Source: Blepharisma stoltei ATCC 30299 (taxonomy: Eukaryota > Protista > Ciliophora). Taken from it: DNA of 64,000 nt. This document shows positions 13,798 to 25,181 of this stretch, one piece after another; the stretch's first letter is position 1, and each line of letters opens with the position of its first letter. The notes below the pieces were generated by a model. It had not been told where the DNA came from. It saw only the letters and a list, made by a program, of their open reading frames with translations, and searched no databases. The DNA lies in contig CBFDEM010000040.1 in the NCBI GenBank assembly GCA_965603825.1, forward strand, positions 124,001-188,000. Direction: 5' to 3'. The position numbers and the translations under genes were made by a program.

Positions 13798-14713
13798 TTA
13801 TATTGGAGAATCTAAAAAACAGTCCGGCTTCTTTATATCCTCACTTTTTATGTGAACTCCGCAGCCTTTATTATCTGCCATTTCATTTTGGCTATTTAAA
13901 CAGAGATCACATCAGTTCCTTAAGTTCGTAACAAACGAAATAAATCCTATATTCATGCATGGTAGAGAATTAGGATTTGGGAAGCTGCGTGGCTGGACAG
14001 CGGCTCTATCATTTATAGCTTGAGGAGCTTCTATATCACTATTATTGCCTTCTCTTTTCATTCAAATACCTTCTGGATCTTTCGTCTGATGCAGGGACAA
14101 AAGCAGCTGAGACTCTTCTTCAATTTTTGACTGTTTATTTTTTTTCTCTTTGGAAGACATTGGTATGGGTTTTGGGATTTCAACTTTAATACTAATTGGG
14201 AATTACGATGATAGTTTTTCTGAAGGGGTTTTCTTCCTCTCCGAGTGCCTTGTAAGTAAATTGGCAAGCTCAGGAACTTTAATTAATTCTTGGACTTTTC
14301 CATGAATTTGTTGACTCTTAGGCTTTTTTTTATTGTATCTTCTCAGGTTTCTCCTCAATGTACTGTAAAAATAATTTTTTATTGCGTTATCAGTCCTCCC
14401 AGGGAGGAACTCTGTCATTTTGGTTCAGCAATTTCCATACTTTTTTTGGCACTCAAACAGAACTTTTTCTTCTTCCAAGGTCCACTTTTCGCTGTTTATG
14501 TTTGGATCAAGGTGATTGAACCATCTTTCTCTGCATTGCTTACCAGTTCTGATTTAAAAATTACCTTCCTTTTATCCCATAATTTTCTTCCAGACTCCGA
14601 GCTATTTTCGTTCACCGTTTTACTCCTAATTCATTAACAAGATTAACAATGGCTTCGTCTGCCTGCCTATATTTCACCTCTTTGGTTCACGTATTGCGGC
14701 TATAGTTTCTCAT
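13798..14713 (-). CDS. R2R3-type Myb transcription factor (~289 aa; three mini-introns)
   Basis: Spliced reading MRNYSRNTWTKEADEAIVNLVNELGVKRWTKIA...GRTGKQCRERWFNHLDP...KWTLEEE...YGNCWTKMTEFLPGRTDNAIKNYFYS. Three conserved Myb Trp are encoded by TGA. Introns at 14663-14677, 14549-14564 and 14192-14206. TAA at 13798-13800. Confidence 0.88.
14192..14206 (-). other. 15-nt intron GTAATTCCCAATTAG
   Basis: Contains an in-frame TAA. Removal opens a further ~130 codons. A at position 10. Confidence 0.85.
14549..14564 (-). other. 16-nt intron GTAATTTTTAAATCAG
   Basis: Removal is required to restore the frame and the Myb motif GR|TGKQCRERW. Confidence 0.92.
14663..14677 (-). other. 15-nt intron GTGAAATATAGGCAG
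   Basis: Removal restores Myb WTxE(E)D spacing (WTKE|AD). A at position 10. Confidence 0.8.
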
Positions 14714-16079
14714 ATTAAAAAGAGTGATTATTATTTACCCATATCAAAATTGAAACGAACGTGGAGAAAGACAGGAATGTTTACAAAAAGGCCTGACGGG
14801 CATGAACTTTTAAATAATTAATTAAAAAGAGCCAATTATTTTACTATCAAAGAGAATGAAAAGACTGTGCCTCTTCAATTCAGCTCAAGAACTATAATTT
14901 AAATACAAAAATATGGAGATAATAAATTTGTGAATGAATTGTTATCTAATTAAAAATTAATTAAGAAAAACTAGGGAAATAAGTCTTGGGATTCGATTTC
15001 AAATAAATGCAGGAAGATAATAGGAGTCTAAAAGACGTTTTTCTAAAAATATATAATGGAATTACCTCAATAGGGGTAGATCACAATTTTTCATTGAGGT
15101 TAAAATTCTAATATAAGCTGCTAATGCAGGCAATTTCTATTTTTGTTGAATAAAATCTTTTGGGAAATTCTATAAATTAAATAGCTTTTTATCTTTTTAT
15201 CCTATACAGTAGATTAATTTGCATAAATTCTTTAATTTTTAGAATATAATCCAAGATTTTCTAAAATATTGACTCTAATTTCCATTTAATAGCATCATTT
15301 TATTGATTCGTAACTTAGAAATTATAGTTATTATAATTTATTGAAGATAGATGGAAGAATATCGAATTAGATTGCTTTTGCTTTTTAAGTAATAAAGCAA
15401 TAAAAAAGTTCCCTTTTTCAAGATTTTTTTTGTTACAAGTAAATTAAAAGATGAATGAAATTATTAAATTTATAATTTATAGTTTGCATCTTTTCTAGAG
15501 CCATTTAACTTTATAAAGCGAAGGGATAGCATAACATACTTAAATAGGCACTGATTTTCAAATTAATAGCTAAACAGCATATTACGACCTGAATTATTTA
15601 TCATAAGTAATGATAAATTGCACTGTTATAGATTTTAAAATTTTAAATATCAGGACTAGGCACTTGATTTATTTATTTTCAATCTATTTTGGATTTTTCA
15701 ACCAAATTACAGCATATTTAATAAATCAAAATACACGAATTTCCATATAGCACAAACTTAATATTTCGTGAAGTAATCATAGACACAAAGCACGCCAATA
15801 TAAATAATTTACATAGACTTACATAATATTTTTATAAAAATCAAAAATTCATATCATTTCATCAATTTTTTTCAATACTGGCAAGGTGCTTCCACAGAAT
15901 TTCGCAAAAAATTAAAGAATCATTAATAAATACCCTTAAAAAGCCTACAATAATTTTTTTTGCCTTTGCCTTTTAATTTTCTCAGCTTTTCTGTCAAAAT
16001 CCCCACTCTTTACAGATCATTAACTTAACAATTAAATCCAGCATAAAATGAACTGGAATTTTTTAAAATAATCTAAAAT

Positions 16080-17255
16080 ATGAGGTTAGAATTTCTCTTT
16101 CTCTTAGTCCTTTGCACTTTTGCACTAGATACAAGTAGCTGCCGTAAAATAACTTGTGGGAGTGGAACCACAACAGGAGCCTGCGAGACTGTAAGCACAT
16201 CATCTATTACATTTACCCCATGCGCCAGTGGTTTAATATGTAACAGTGATTTTTCAGATCTACAAACAACAGCAGAATTCACAGCATCCCAATGCATTAC
16301 TAGGCCAAGCACAATGTGCACTGAGACCAGCTCAAGTTCAAACCTGAAGCAAGGCGATTGCTGCACCTATTATAAAGACTGTGCAAGTGACTGGTGTTAC
16401 AATGGCAGGTGCGAAACAGCTTGCTTTAACTATACTGGCTCTTCCAAAGGGCCAGCTGGATCTTGCTGCAGTGTAAACTCTTATTGTGCTAGTGGATCAT
16501 GTGACTCTGATGGATATTGCGTCGGAATTCAGGATGGTGGCACCTGTACAGCTGACGAAGACTGTTTTCCTAACTATTATTGTGATTCATCATCTGGAAG
16601 CTGCAAAGAATCAAAAGGCAAAGAAGACCCATGCACACGCAGCAATCAATGCGGTATAGGTTTCTTCTGTAGCGCGACTGATGGGACAGGGCTTTGCTAT
16701 CAGCTGTATTCTCAAGATTTAGGACATAAAACACAAACCGAGCTGATATGCAAAAGTGGATATATGAGCAATGGAATTTGCGATTCCATCGACGTCTATG
16801 TAGGTACCAAAAAACTATCAGAGCCTTTTAGATGCAATATTGGAGACACTTGTACATATAAGTCAAACCAAAAAGGAACAGTAATTTCTACAGGCCCTTG
16901 CTACTGCGACGGAGTAGGTACAGATCAAGGCTATTGTGGTGATATGATAGAGTATGCAACTGAAGTTTTAGATACAATGAGAAAGAAATTAAGATATACA
17001 TCATCACAATGCTCAGGGGCAAATTCGCATACGTTGGATTGGGATATACTTTCTCTTTGTGAATCAGTGTCAACAGAGCTTTATACTTATTATTTGTACT
17101 CATTAGAGCAAGCACAGTATTGGACTATTTATCAATCAGGAGCCATTGATAGCTGCCTCTTGGACTTAGGGCTTTTTGATCCTGGCTATGACGAAGGATC
17201 ATATGACTCAGCTGCATTACTAGCTGCAGGATTTGCCTTTTTAATTTTAGCTTAG
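16080..17255 (+). CDS. Cysteine-rich secreted, probably GPI-anchored surface protein (391 aa)
   Basis: N-terminal signal peptide, repeated GxxCxxxxxCxSxxC modules, and a C-terminal hydrophobic tail (SAALLAAGFAFLILA) with no cytoplasmic extension. Confidence 0.85.
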   Translation: MRLEFLFLLVLCTFALDTSSCRKITCGSGTTTGACETVSTSSITFTPCASGLICNSDFSDLQTTAEFTASQCITRPSTMCTETSSSSNLKQGDCCTYYKDCASDWCYNGRCETACFNYTGSSKGPAGSCCSVNSYCASGSCDSDGYCVGIQDGGTCTADEDCFPNYYCDSSSGSCKESKGKEDPCTRSNQCGIGFFCSATDGTGLCYQLYSQDLGHKTQTELICKSGYMSNGICDSIDVYVGTKKLSEPFRCNIGDTCTYKSNQKGTVISTGPCYCDGVGTDQGYCGDMIEYATEVLDTMRKKLRYTSSQCSGANSHTLDWDILSLCESVSTELYTYYLYSLEQAQYWTIYQSGAIDSCLLDLGLFDPGYDEGSYDSAALLAAGFAFLILA

Positions 17256-17431
17256 ATTTTACTTAAAACTCTTTACTATAATTTTATAATGCTTATATAT
17301 CAGTTCTGCAATTTAATTAACCCAAAAACCTAACAATTTCTTTCAAAATTCCAATTATTCACACCCTCTTACCCTCTTGCATCATCACAACAACAGTAAT
17401 TAGATTTCATTAACTGCTTAATAGTCTCAAT

Positions 17432-18004
17432 ATGGAAGAAGAAGCCACTTACAGAATCACTTATAATGATCTTAGCAATTTGACTTCTCTGCAAACACTC
17501 TCTTCTTTAAAAGCATCTACAATATCCCATACAAAATCTTGAAGTTTCGTGGAAACAAATCTAGAAGAAGATTTGGACGAATCCAATATCTCGAATGACG
17601 ATATGGACGAAGGATATTATTTAAAATCAATTTCCAGCTTTGAGAAGCATTATTTAGGCATGAGTATGTGACCTCAGAGCAGCATGGAGTTTTGTAGCAG
17701 TATTAGAGAGAAGTTTAAAAAGCAACGAAAAAAATACGAGTGTCTGAAGCAGCAACTGGACTGTGTGAAACTAGAACTGAGACAGACTGAAAGGGAGCTA
17801 GGGTTATCAAAAGAAAACTTGATTAGGAAAGGAGACGAAAGAGAAAAGTTAAAAGAGAACTTAAATGAAGCTTTAGATTTAATTGGTGTTTTAGTACTCA
17901 AAATGAATCAGCTGCTACCATATTCTAATGATATAATGCCAACGCCGAAATTCCAGCTCTCACCAAGGAATGATAAAGAAGAAATATCTTTTATGAGATA
18001 TTAA
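17432..18004 (+). CDS. Hypothetical coiled-coil protein (~190 aa)
   Basis: ATG at 17432 is in frame with the track ORF at 17684 through two TGA. Heptad-like C-terminal half. Confidence 0.65.
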
Positions 18005-18235
18005 TTTGCTTAATAATTAACTTTTCCTTAATTAAATTCCAAAATTTCCATATTAATTTAGTCTTGATTATCTGGAAGTTTCACCTTCTTATAAATTCTT
18101 TATATTTTCCTAAAATATTTTGCTTTATTCAGATTTAGCCTTCTAATTCTCCAATCTTTGTCTTACCATTTCTTAACTTCTATCAGCTATCTTCATACGC
18201 TATCTTTTGAATTTATTCCATTTATAATATATTGG

Positions 18236-21200
18236 ATGCAATTACGCTATTCAAAAAACCTCCAGCCCGCTGTGGATGGAATGCAAAAAATTTCAGCGAT
18301 CACCTGGTCTGCAAATGGTATGAGGCTCGCAGTCTCAACGGCTGACCGAGTTGTCCATCTTTACGACGACCAAGGTGAGCGCAAGGACAAATTTCCTACC
18401 CGCCCTGCTGAAAAAGGCCAGATGTCCTACGTAGTCCGTGCTTTGGCCTTTTCTCCTGACTCAACCCGCCTTGCAGTAGCTCAAAGCGATAATATCGTTT
18501 TTGTATACAAGCTTGGGACTGAATGGGGTGAGAAAAAATCGATCTGCAATAAATTCCCTCAATCTTCAGCAGTAACCTGTATGAATTGGCCTCGTACCAA
18601 AGCTCATGACATCATTTTTGGTTTAGCTGAAGGCAAAGTAAAATCCGGTCAAGTCAGAAGTAATAAAGCAGCTACCTTGTACTCGTCTGAATCATATGTA
18701 GTATCGGTGGCTTCAAGTATTGATGGAGAAACTATCATTTCTGGGCATTTAGATGGGACAATTTATAGGTATACGTTGGAAAATCATCAGTTAGCGAAAA
18801 TTGTGGCACATCCGTCTGTACCTTATGCATTGGATTGGGGTGAACATATATGTGCGGCAGGAAATGATGGGAAAGTGATTTTTTATACAGATGATGGAAA
18901 TGTGTTTCAGAGGTTTGACTATTCGTATGATACGTCTGTAAAAGAGTTTACTGTGGCTGCGTTTAATCCGGCTGGAGATACTGTTGTGATTGGAAACTTT
19001 AACAAGTTCTTTGTGTATGGGTATAACCCTAAAAGACCAGAATGGGTGGAAAAATTAGTAAAAAATATAGAAAACCTTTATAGTGTCACTGCATTATGCT
19101 GGAAACCTGATGGGTCTAAAGTTGTATTAGGCTCTTTATGTGGCTCTGTCGATGTCTTTGAAATCTGCTTAAGAAAAGCCCGGTACAAAGGAAAATTCGA
19201 GTTCACCTACGTCTCAATCAGCCAAGTCATCGTAAAAGAGCTCGCATCCAGCTTAAAAGTCGCCATAAAAAGCGATTTCGGCCTGGAAATCAACAAAATC
19301 AATATCTATCAAGACAGATACGTCGTTGCCCACACTGCTGAAACTCTGCTTCTCGGTGACCTCGAGACTTCCCGCCTCAGCGAAATCCAATGGCGAGGTT
19401 CCGGCAAAGAAAAATATGATTTTTCCTCCCCTGGTGTCTGCATGATTTTCAATGCAGGAGAACTTACCTTAGTTGAATACGGCAGCAACGAAATCCTGGG
19501 GAATTGTAGAACTGAACAGATGAGCCCTCATTTAATTTCTGCACGACTTAACTATTCTCGCGTTAAATCTGAAGAAGACTACCATTTAGCTATCAAAATT
19601 ATTGCGTTTCTGCTAGATCCTCACACTATTTGTGTCCAAGACTTAAAGACAGGAAATTCAGCAGCTTTAATAAACCATGATGCCAAAATTGATTTCTTAG
19701 AGCTCAATGCGTCAGCGACCAAGCTTTTGTATAGAGATAAGAGGAGACAGCTGATGCTTTATAATATAAAAACTCAGACCAAGTCGACGCTGCTGCAGTT
19801 TTGCTCATATGTCCAATGGGTGCCGAATTCAGATGTAGTGGTCGCTCAGAGCAGAAATAATTTAAATGTGTGGTATAATATAGATGACCCTGACAAAGTG
19901 ACTGTTTATAATATCAAAGGAGAAGTAGAAGAAATCGAAAGAAATAAAAACGGGACTGAAGTTATCGTAAATGAAGGAATGTCAACTGTCAGCTATGCTC
20001 TAGATGAACCTTTAATAGAGTTCGGATTTGCTTTGGAAAGCAGAAACTTAGCGAGAGCTGTAGAAATTTTAGAACCGCTTAATAACACCCCAGAAATTGA
20101 AGCAAATTGGAAAGCACTGGCAGAAATTGCCTTAGAAGAACAAAATTTAAGGGTAGCCGAGCAGTGTTATTCAGCCCTGGGAGATGTAGGGAAGTCAAGA
20201 TATCTTCATAAAGTCAATAAACTTTGTGACAAGCATAAAGCAGAAACTGCTCAAGAAGGGATTCAGTCTTATTTAGTCCAGGCTAAGCTGTCTGCACTTG
20301 AAAAACAGTTCCATAGAGCTGAAGCTATTTTGCTAGACCAAAATGACGTAGAAGAAGCCATGGAGATGTACCAAGAACTCCATAGGTGGGATGAAATTAT
20401 TAATATTGCAGAAAAGAGAAAGCACCCTAAACTGCACGATCTAAAGGCAAATTATTTTAATTGGCTATTACAGACTAACCAAGAAGAAAAAGCTGCTGAA
20501 GTAAAAGCTAGAGATGGAGACTACCCAGGCGCTATCAGTTTATATCTAAAAGGCAAACTTCCAGCAAGGGCTGCAGCATTAGTAAGCAAATATAATATAA
20601 ACAACTCAGATATTATGGAAAAAATTGCATCAGCCTTACAAGCTGCTGAAATGCATGAAAAAGCTGGAGAATTTTTCGAAAAATTAGACATGCCTGACAA
20701 AGCACTAGAGTCGTATGTAAAAGGAAATGCTTATAGAAAAGCTGTAGATTTAGCTAGAAGAAATTATCCTACTTATATAGCGAAACTTGAAGAAAAATGG
20801 GGAGATTACTTAGTCTCACAAAAACAGATGGATGCCAGTGTTAACCATTTCATAGAAGCCGGGGCATACCAAAAAGCTATAGAAGCTGCTATAAATGCAA
20901 GACAGTGGACTAAAGCTGTCCAACTGCTAGGCCAGCAAAGCCAAGACGTAGCTAAGCCTTATTACAAACAAATAGCAAAGCATTATGCAGACATAAGACA
21001 ATTAGACCAAGCCGAAAAGTTTTATATGAAAGCTGGAGCTTTTAACGACGTTTTTGAAATGCTGACAAGCAATAATAAATGGGAGCAGGCTTATAGGTTT
21101 GCATGCAAAAATATGCCTGATACTGAAGTTACGCTGCTGTATACAAAACAAGCACAGAAATTAGAAAGTGAAGGACTATTGAAAGAAGCCGAAAAAATGT

Positions 21201-23419
21201 ATTTGACAGTAAATGAGGCAGATATGGCAATTAATATGTATAAAAAAGCACAACAGTATGATAATATGATCAAATTGGTAGCAAAATATAGAAAAGAATT
21301 ACTTAAGGACACGCATATTTATTTGGCTCAACAATTTGACGCAGAAGGGAAATTCAAAGAAGCTGAGCACCATTTTGTAGAAGCAGGAGCTTGGAAAATG
21401 GCTGTTGACATTTATAGGAAGAAAAACATGTGGGATGAAGCTTTAAGGCTCGCCAAAGCATATGGCGGCCCTAAAGAAATCGCAGAAGTCGCCAGAAAAT
21501 GGGCTGAAACCCACGCTGGTAAAGGTGGCGGTTCTGATCTGCTTATGAAGCAAGGACTTGTAGAAGCTGCCTTAGAATTCGAAGTCGAACAGCGCAATTA
21601 TGATGCTGCTTTCAGACTTGCAGAAGCCCATTGCCGCCATCGTCTAAACGACGTCCACTTAAGCTACGCTCTCTATTTAGAAGACGAAAACCGCTGGAAA
21701 GAAGCTGAAGAAGAGTTCATCAAAGCTGGCCGAGCCCAAGAAGCCGTCAATATGTATGAGCACCAAGGTGATTTTTATTCCGCCCTACGCGTTGCCCGCC
21801 AATACTGTCCAGATATGGTCCCTGAAATTTTATCCTCACAAGCCAAATACCACATAGACCGCGGCGAATTTCCAAAAGCTGAGCAATGTCTACTTGCTGC
21901 AAAACTCCCAGAAAAAGCAGTAGAAATGTACGCAAATGCTAGGATGAGAAATGACGCTATAAGAGTTGCCAAAGACCATGCCCCACATTTAGTATCTAGA
22001 GTTATTAATGTGGAAGAAGCAACTGGTGCTGAAGATATGAAACAGACAGCAAGGGTTTTAGAACAAAGCAGGGATTATGTTAAAGCGATTAATGCGTATT
22101 TATCCATTTCTCAAGATGTAACTAATGATTTTGATTTATTAGAAGAAGTCTGGGAAAGGGCTGTGCAACTGGCAATGACTTATGATAAAGACAGATGCCA
22201 ACAAATAATTATGCTGGTCAGTCAAAGACTAAAAGGAATCCAAAGGTATGATGCAGCTGCTGATATGTATGCAGGAATCGGGCAGTATGAAGAAGCTATA
22301 AAATGCTACATAGAAGGTAAGGACTTTAAGAGAGCTAAAGAAATGGTCATGAGTATCAAAAATACTGACATTGAAGCGAAACTTAGAAATTTAGTAGAAA
22401 ATGAAGAGAAAAAGTACTTACAAGCAAAAGGCGACTATACTGGATTGATGCCATTAGATAGAAACGCTGCAAGAGATATAATAATCTCAGGTGGAGATTG
22501 GGAAGGAGCTTTAGAAAAAGTCAAAGGAAATCCTCAGATGTTAAGCGAAATCTTGCTCAAATGCACCACTCACATGACAGAAGAAGGCCACTTTGCCCAA
22601 GCCTTAAAGATTTTTTCTGTTTACGGAAGTCCAGCAGACTCAGCATTTTTCACCATATATAAAACTCTTTGTGTAGAAGTCCTCGCCGAATGTGAAGATG
22701 AAGAAATTTACGATTTAAGGACTGTTCTTAAGCTACTCCTAGACAATATGTATGACAGAAACTCACCAGTCACCAAAGAATTCGAGCGTTATTTCAGGAT
22801 TATCCAGCTGCTTTATCTCAAAGGTACATGCAAAAACAAAAACCAGCGTGGTCTTTATACCAAAATCTGTGTATCTCTATTAAGATATACCAATGAAGTC
22901 AGGGTCGATAAAGCTTTTTATGATGCAGGAGTAGCTTGTCAAGAAGAAGGATGACTAAATATGGCGTTTATCTTTTTAAATAGATATTTAGATATTGCAG
23001 ACGCCATACAAGACCCAGACACAGGCGCAGCCGCATTAGGCGACAATACTGATTTTGAAGGGACTGATATTCCGACCTCCAATATTCCTCTCCCAGACAA
23101 CAATATCACTGATAACGACACCCGCGACAGGCTTAGAGACTGGGTTTTGCAAGTGTCTATGGACCACCGCGTCGAACAAAAACTTAGCACCCGGCATTGT
23201 GACAGTTGTGGCGCTGAGATTTATATTGCAAATTTACAATGCCCTAACTGTGGTTTTGCCTGGGAGCCTTGTTTGATTACTGGCTTCCCAGTAATGAGAG
23301 GCAGCGAAGTAGCTTGCACCAACTGTGACAGGCCAGCTAACAAGAATGAGTGGAATGCTTATTTATTGTCAAATTCCAGCTGTCCTTGGTGCTCTTCAAT
23401 CCAATCGCAAGCTTTTTAA
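18236..23419 (+). CDS. IFT172: Intraflagellar transport protein 172 (~1727 aa)
   Basis: MQLRY...DKFPTRPA...AFSPDSTRLAVAQSDNIVFVYKLG...KKSICNKF N-terminus, WD40 and TPR repeats. TGA 22952-22954 gives GWLNMAFIFLNRYLD, matching the conserved GWxNMAFIFLNR motif. C-terminal zinc finger. Confidence 0.97.
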
Positions 23420-23433
23420 TTACTAACTAGCTA

Positions 23434-24978
23434 TTAGCTTATATATTCTTTAACAGCATTTAAAATGTCTCCATTAGAAATCATTTTTCTCAGTGTTTCT
23501 ATGTCTTCATTGACTACGTAGTCATGGTTATGCATTTCTATTCTGTCTTTGACGGCGGAAATTACCTTTTCGAGGGGCTCTGAAGACTTTAGAGGTCTGA
23601 GGAATTCCATTGCTTTGACGTCACAGAGGAGCTCGATTGCTAATATTGTTTCAACGTTTTTAACAATATTTATAGCTTTTCTTGCAGCCCAGCCTCCCAT
23701 TGATACGTGGTCTTCTTGTCCTGCTGAGGTAGCGATGGTGTCGACTGAGGAAGGGTGACAAAGGGCTTTGTTTTCGCTTACTAAAGAAGCTGCTGTACAA
23801 TGGACCATCATGTAGCCGGAGTTAAGCCCTGGCTCGTCAGCTAAAAAGCTGGGTAAACCAGACTGAGTGGTGTTCATAAGTCTTTGTATTCTGGTTTCAC
23901 TGATAGACCCGATTTCATGGATTGCAATTCCTAAATAATCGCTAAGCTTTGCTGGGTATTCCCCATGGAAATTGCCTCCAGATAAAATTTGGCATGTATC
24001 AGTAAAAATCATAGGATTATCAGTTGCTGAATTCAGCTCAGTTGTAAGCCGAGCCCTAACAAAATCTAAAGTATCATGAGTAATCCCATGGACTTGTGGA
24101 ATGCATCTTAAAGAATATGAATCCTGGACTTTTGTGCAGTCTATATGACTTAAATTCAGTTCTGACCCTTCTCCACTCGGCATCAGAATTTTTCGCATAC
24201 GAGCTGCTACAGCCATCTGTCCCGGATGTGGCCTTGCCTCATGTATTTGCGGGTCAAGAGCTTTATAAGTTCCTTTTAATATATCTAAAGACAAAGAAGC
24301 AATGACGTCAGCAGTTTTTGAAGCAATTTCTGCCCTAACAAGCGCTTCAGCACACAGCGCAGATATCATTTGAGCTCCGTTTATCATAGAAAGCCCTTCT
24401 TTTGGGAACAGCTCTCTTATAGGCTCATAATTTTTCTTTGCCAAGACTTCTGCAGCTGGTATATATCCTTTAGAATCAGAGTCATACATTAAGCCTTCTC
24501 CCATTAATCCTAAACAAAGGTGAGCCAAAGGTGCCAAATCCCCACAGGCGCCTACTGTGCCTTGTTCGGGCACATAAGAAAGACAGTCTTTGTTATAAGC
24601 TTCGACTAACTTGGTTAAAAGGGATGCGCTGATTCCACTAAACCCTTTGCACAGAACATTAATCCTTAACGCTAATAGCATCCTAACGCGCTCTGGAGGC
24701 AGAGGAGACCCTACTCCGACAGAATGTGAGCGGATTAAGTTGAATTGGAGTTTGCGTAGGTTTTCTGGACTGATTATGGTATTTGCGAAGAACCCAAATC
24801 CTGTATTAATGCCATATGCAATTTTGCCTTGTTGAAGAATTGTGTCGATCAAGGAACGAGATTGATTTACGCGGTCCCAGGCAGATTCTGCGATTTCTAG
24901 AGTGACACCGCCTTGGCCAAGCTTGAAAAGAAGCTCTGGAGTCATGGTTAAACCATTCACAACAATTCGTTCAGACAT
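23434..24978 (-). CDS. HAL: Histidine ammonia-lyase (histidase), 514 aa
   Basis: YGINTGFG, NLIRSH, GTVGACGDLAPL, KEGLSMING, QDSYSLRCIPQVHG, NSATDNP, SGGNFHGE and QEDHVSMG motifs. Confidence 0.95.
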   Translation of the reverse strand: MSERIVVNGLTMTPELLFKLGQGGVTLEIAESAWDRVNQSRSLIDTILQQGKIAYGINTGFGFFANTIISPENLRKLQFNLIRSHSVGVGSPLPPERVRMLLALRINVLCKGFSGISASLLTKLVEAYNKDCLSYVPEQGTVGACGDLAPLAHLCLGLMGEGLMYDSDSKGYIPAAEVLAKKNYEPIRELFPKEGLSMINGAQMISALCAEALVRAEIASKTADVIASLSLDILKGTYKALDPQIHEARPHPGQMAVAARMRKILMPSGEGSELNLSHIDCTKVQDSYSLRCIPQVHGITHDTLDFVRARLTTELNSATDNPMIFTDTCQILSGGNFHGEYPAKLSDYLGIAIHEIGSISETRIQRLMNTTQSGLPSFLADEPGLNSGYMMVHCTAASLVSENKALCHPSSVDTIATSAGQEDHVSMGGWAARKAINIVKNVETILAIELLCDVKAMEFLRPLKSSEPLEKVISAVKDRIEMHNHDYVVNEDIETLRKMISNGDILNAVKEYIS

Positions 24979-25181
24979 TTTATAGGCAACACAAAGCTGG
25001 ATTTTTACCAGAATTTTTAAACTTAAATTTAAATAATTGCAATTGGTGAAATAAATTATAGATGAACCTCTAAATGGCGTAAAATAGTTTTCAAGGTTTT
25101 TGCTATAATATTTGATTTTTTAATCATATTCAAAAAAATTAATAACTATTACAATTATTATGATGACAAATTATAATAAAA

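Noticed and set aside
14745-14800. U5-like GCCTTTT loop and AATTTTG Sm-like site on the minus strand
   Set aside because: The invariant loop GCCTTTTAC is not matched; better explained as the in-frame uORF.
18158-18235. TTG/GTG-initiated N-terminal extensions in the ORF track (18158, 42361, 46083, 56820)
   Set aside because: Eukaryotic context. Downstream ATGs fit better; for IFT172 and the repeat protein they match the homologous N-terminus or the signal peptide.
24333-24340. Single CCCTAACA (Blepharisma-type telomere unit)
   Set aside because: One copy inside the HAL coding sequence; no tandem array.
23434-24978. Bacterial contamination or recent horizontal transfer of hutH
   Set aside because: Composition matches the neighbours, the gene abuts IFT172, and motifs such as GTVG and FHGEYPAK are of the type seen in eukaryotic HALs. 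A phylogeny would be needed to claim transfer.
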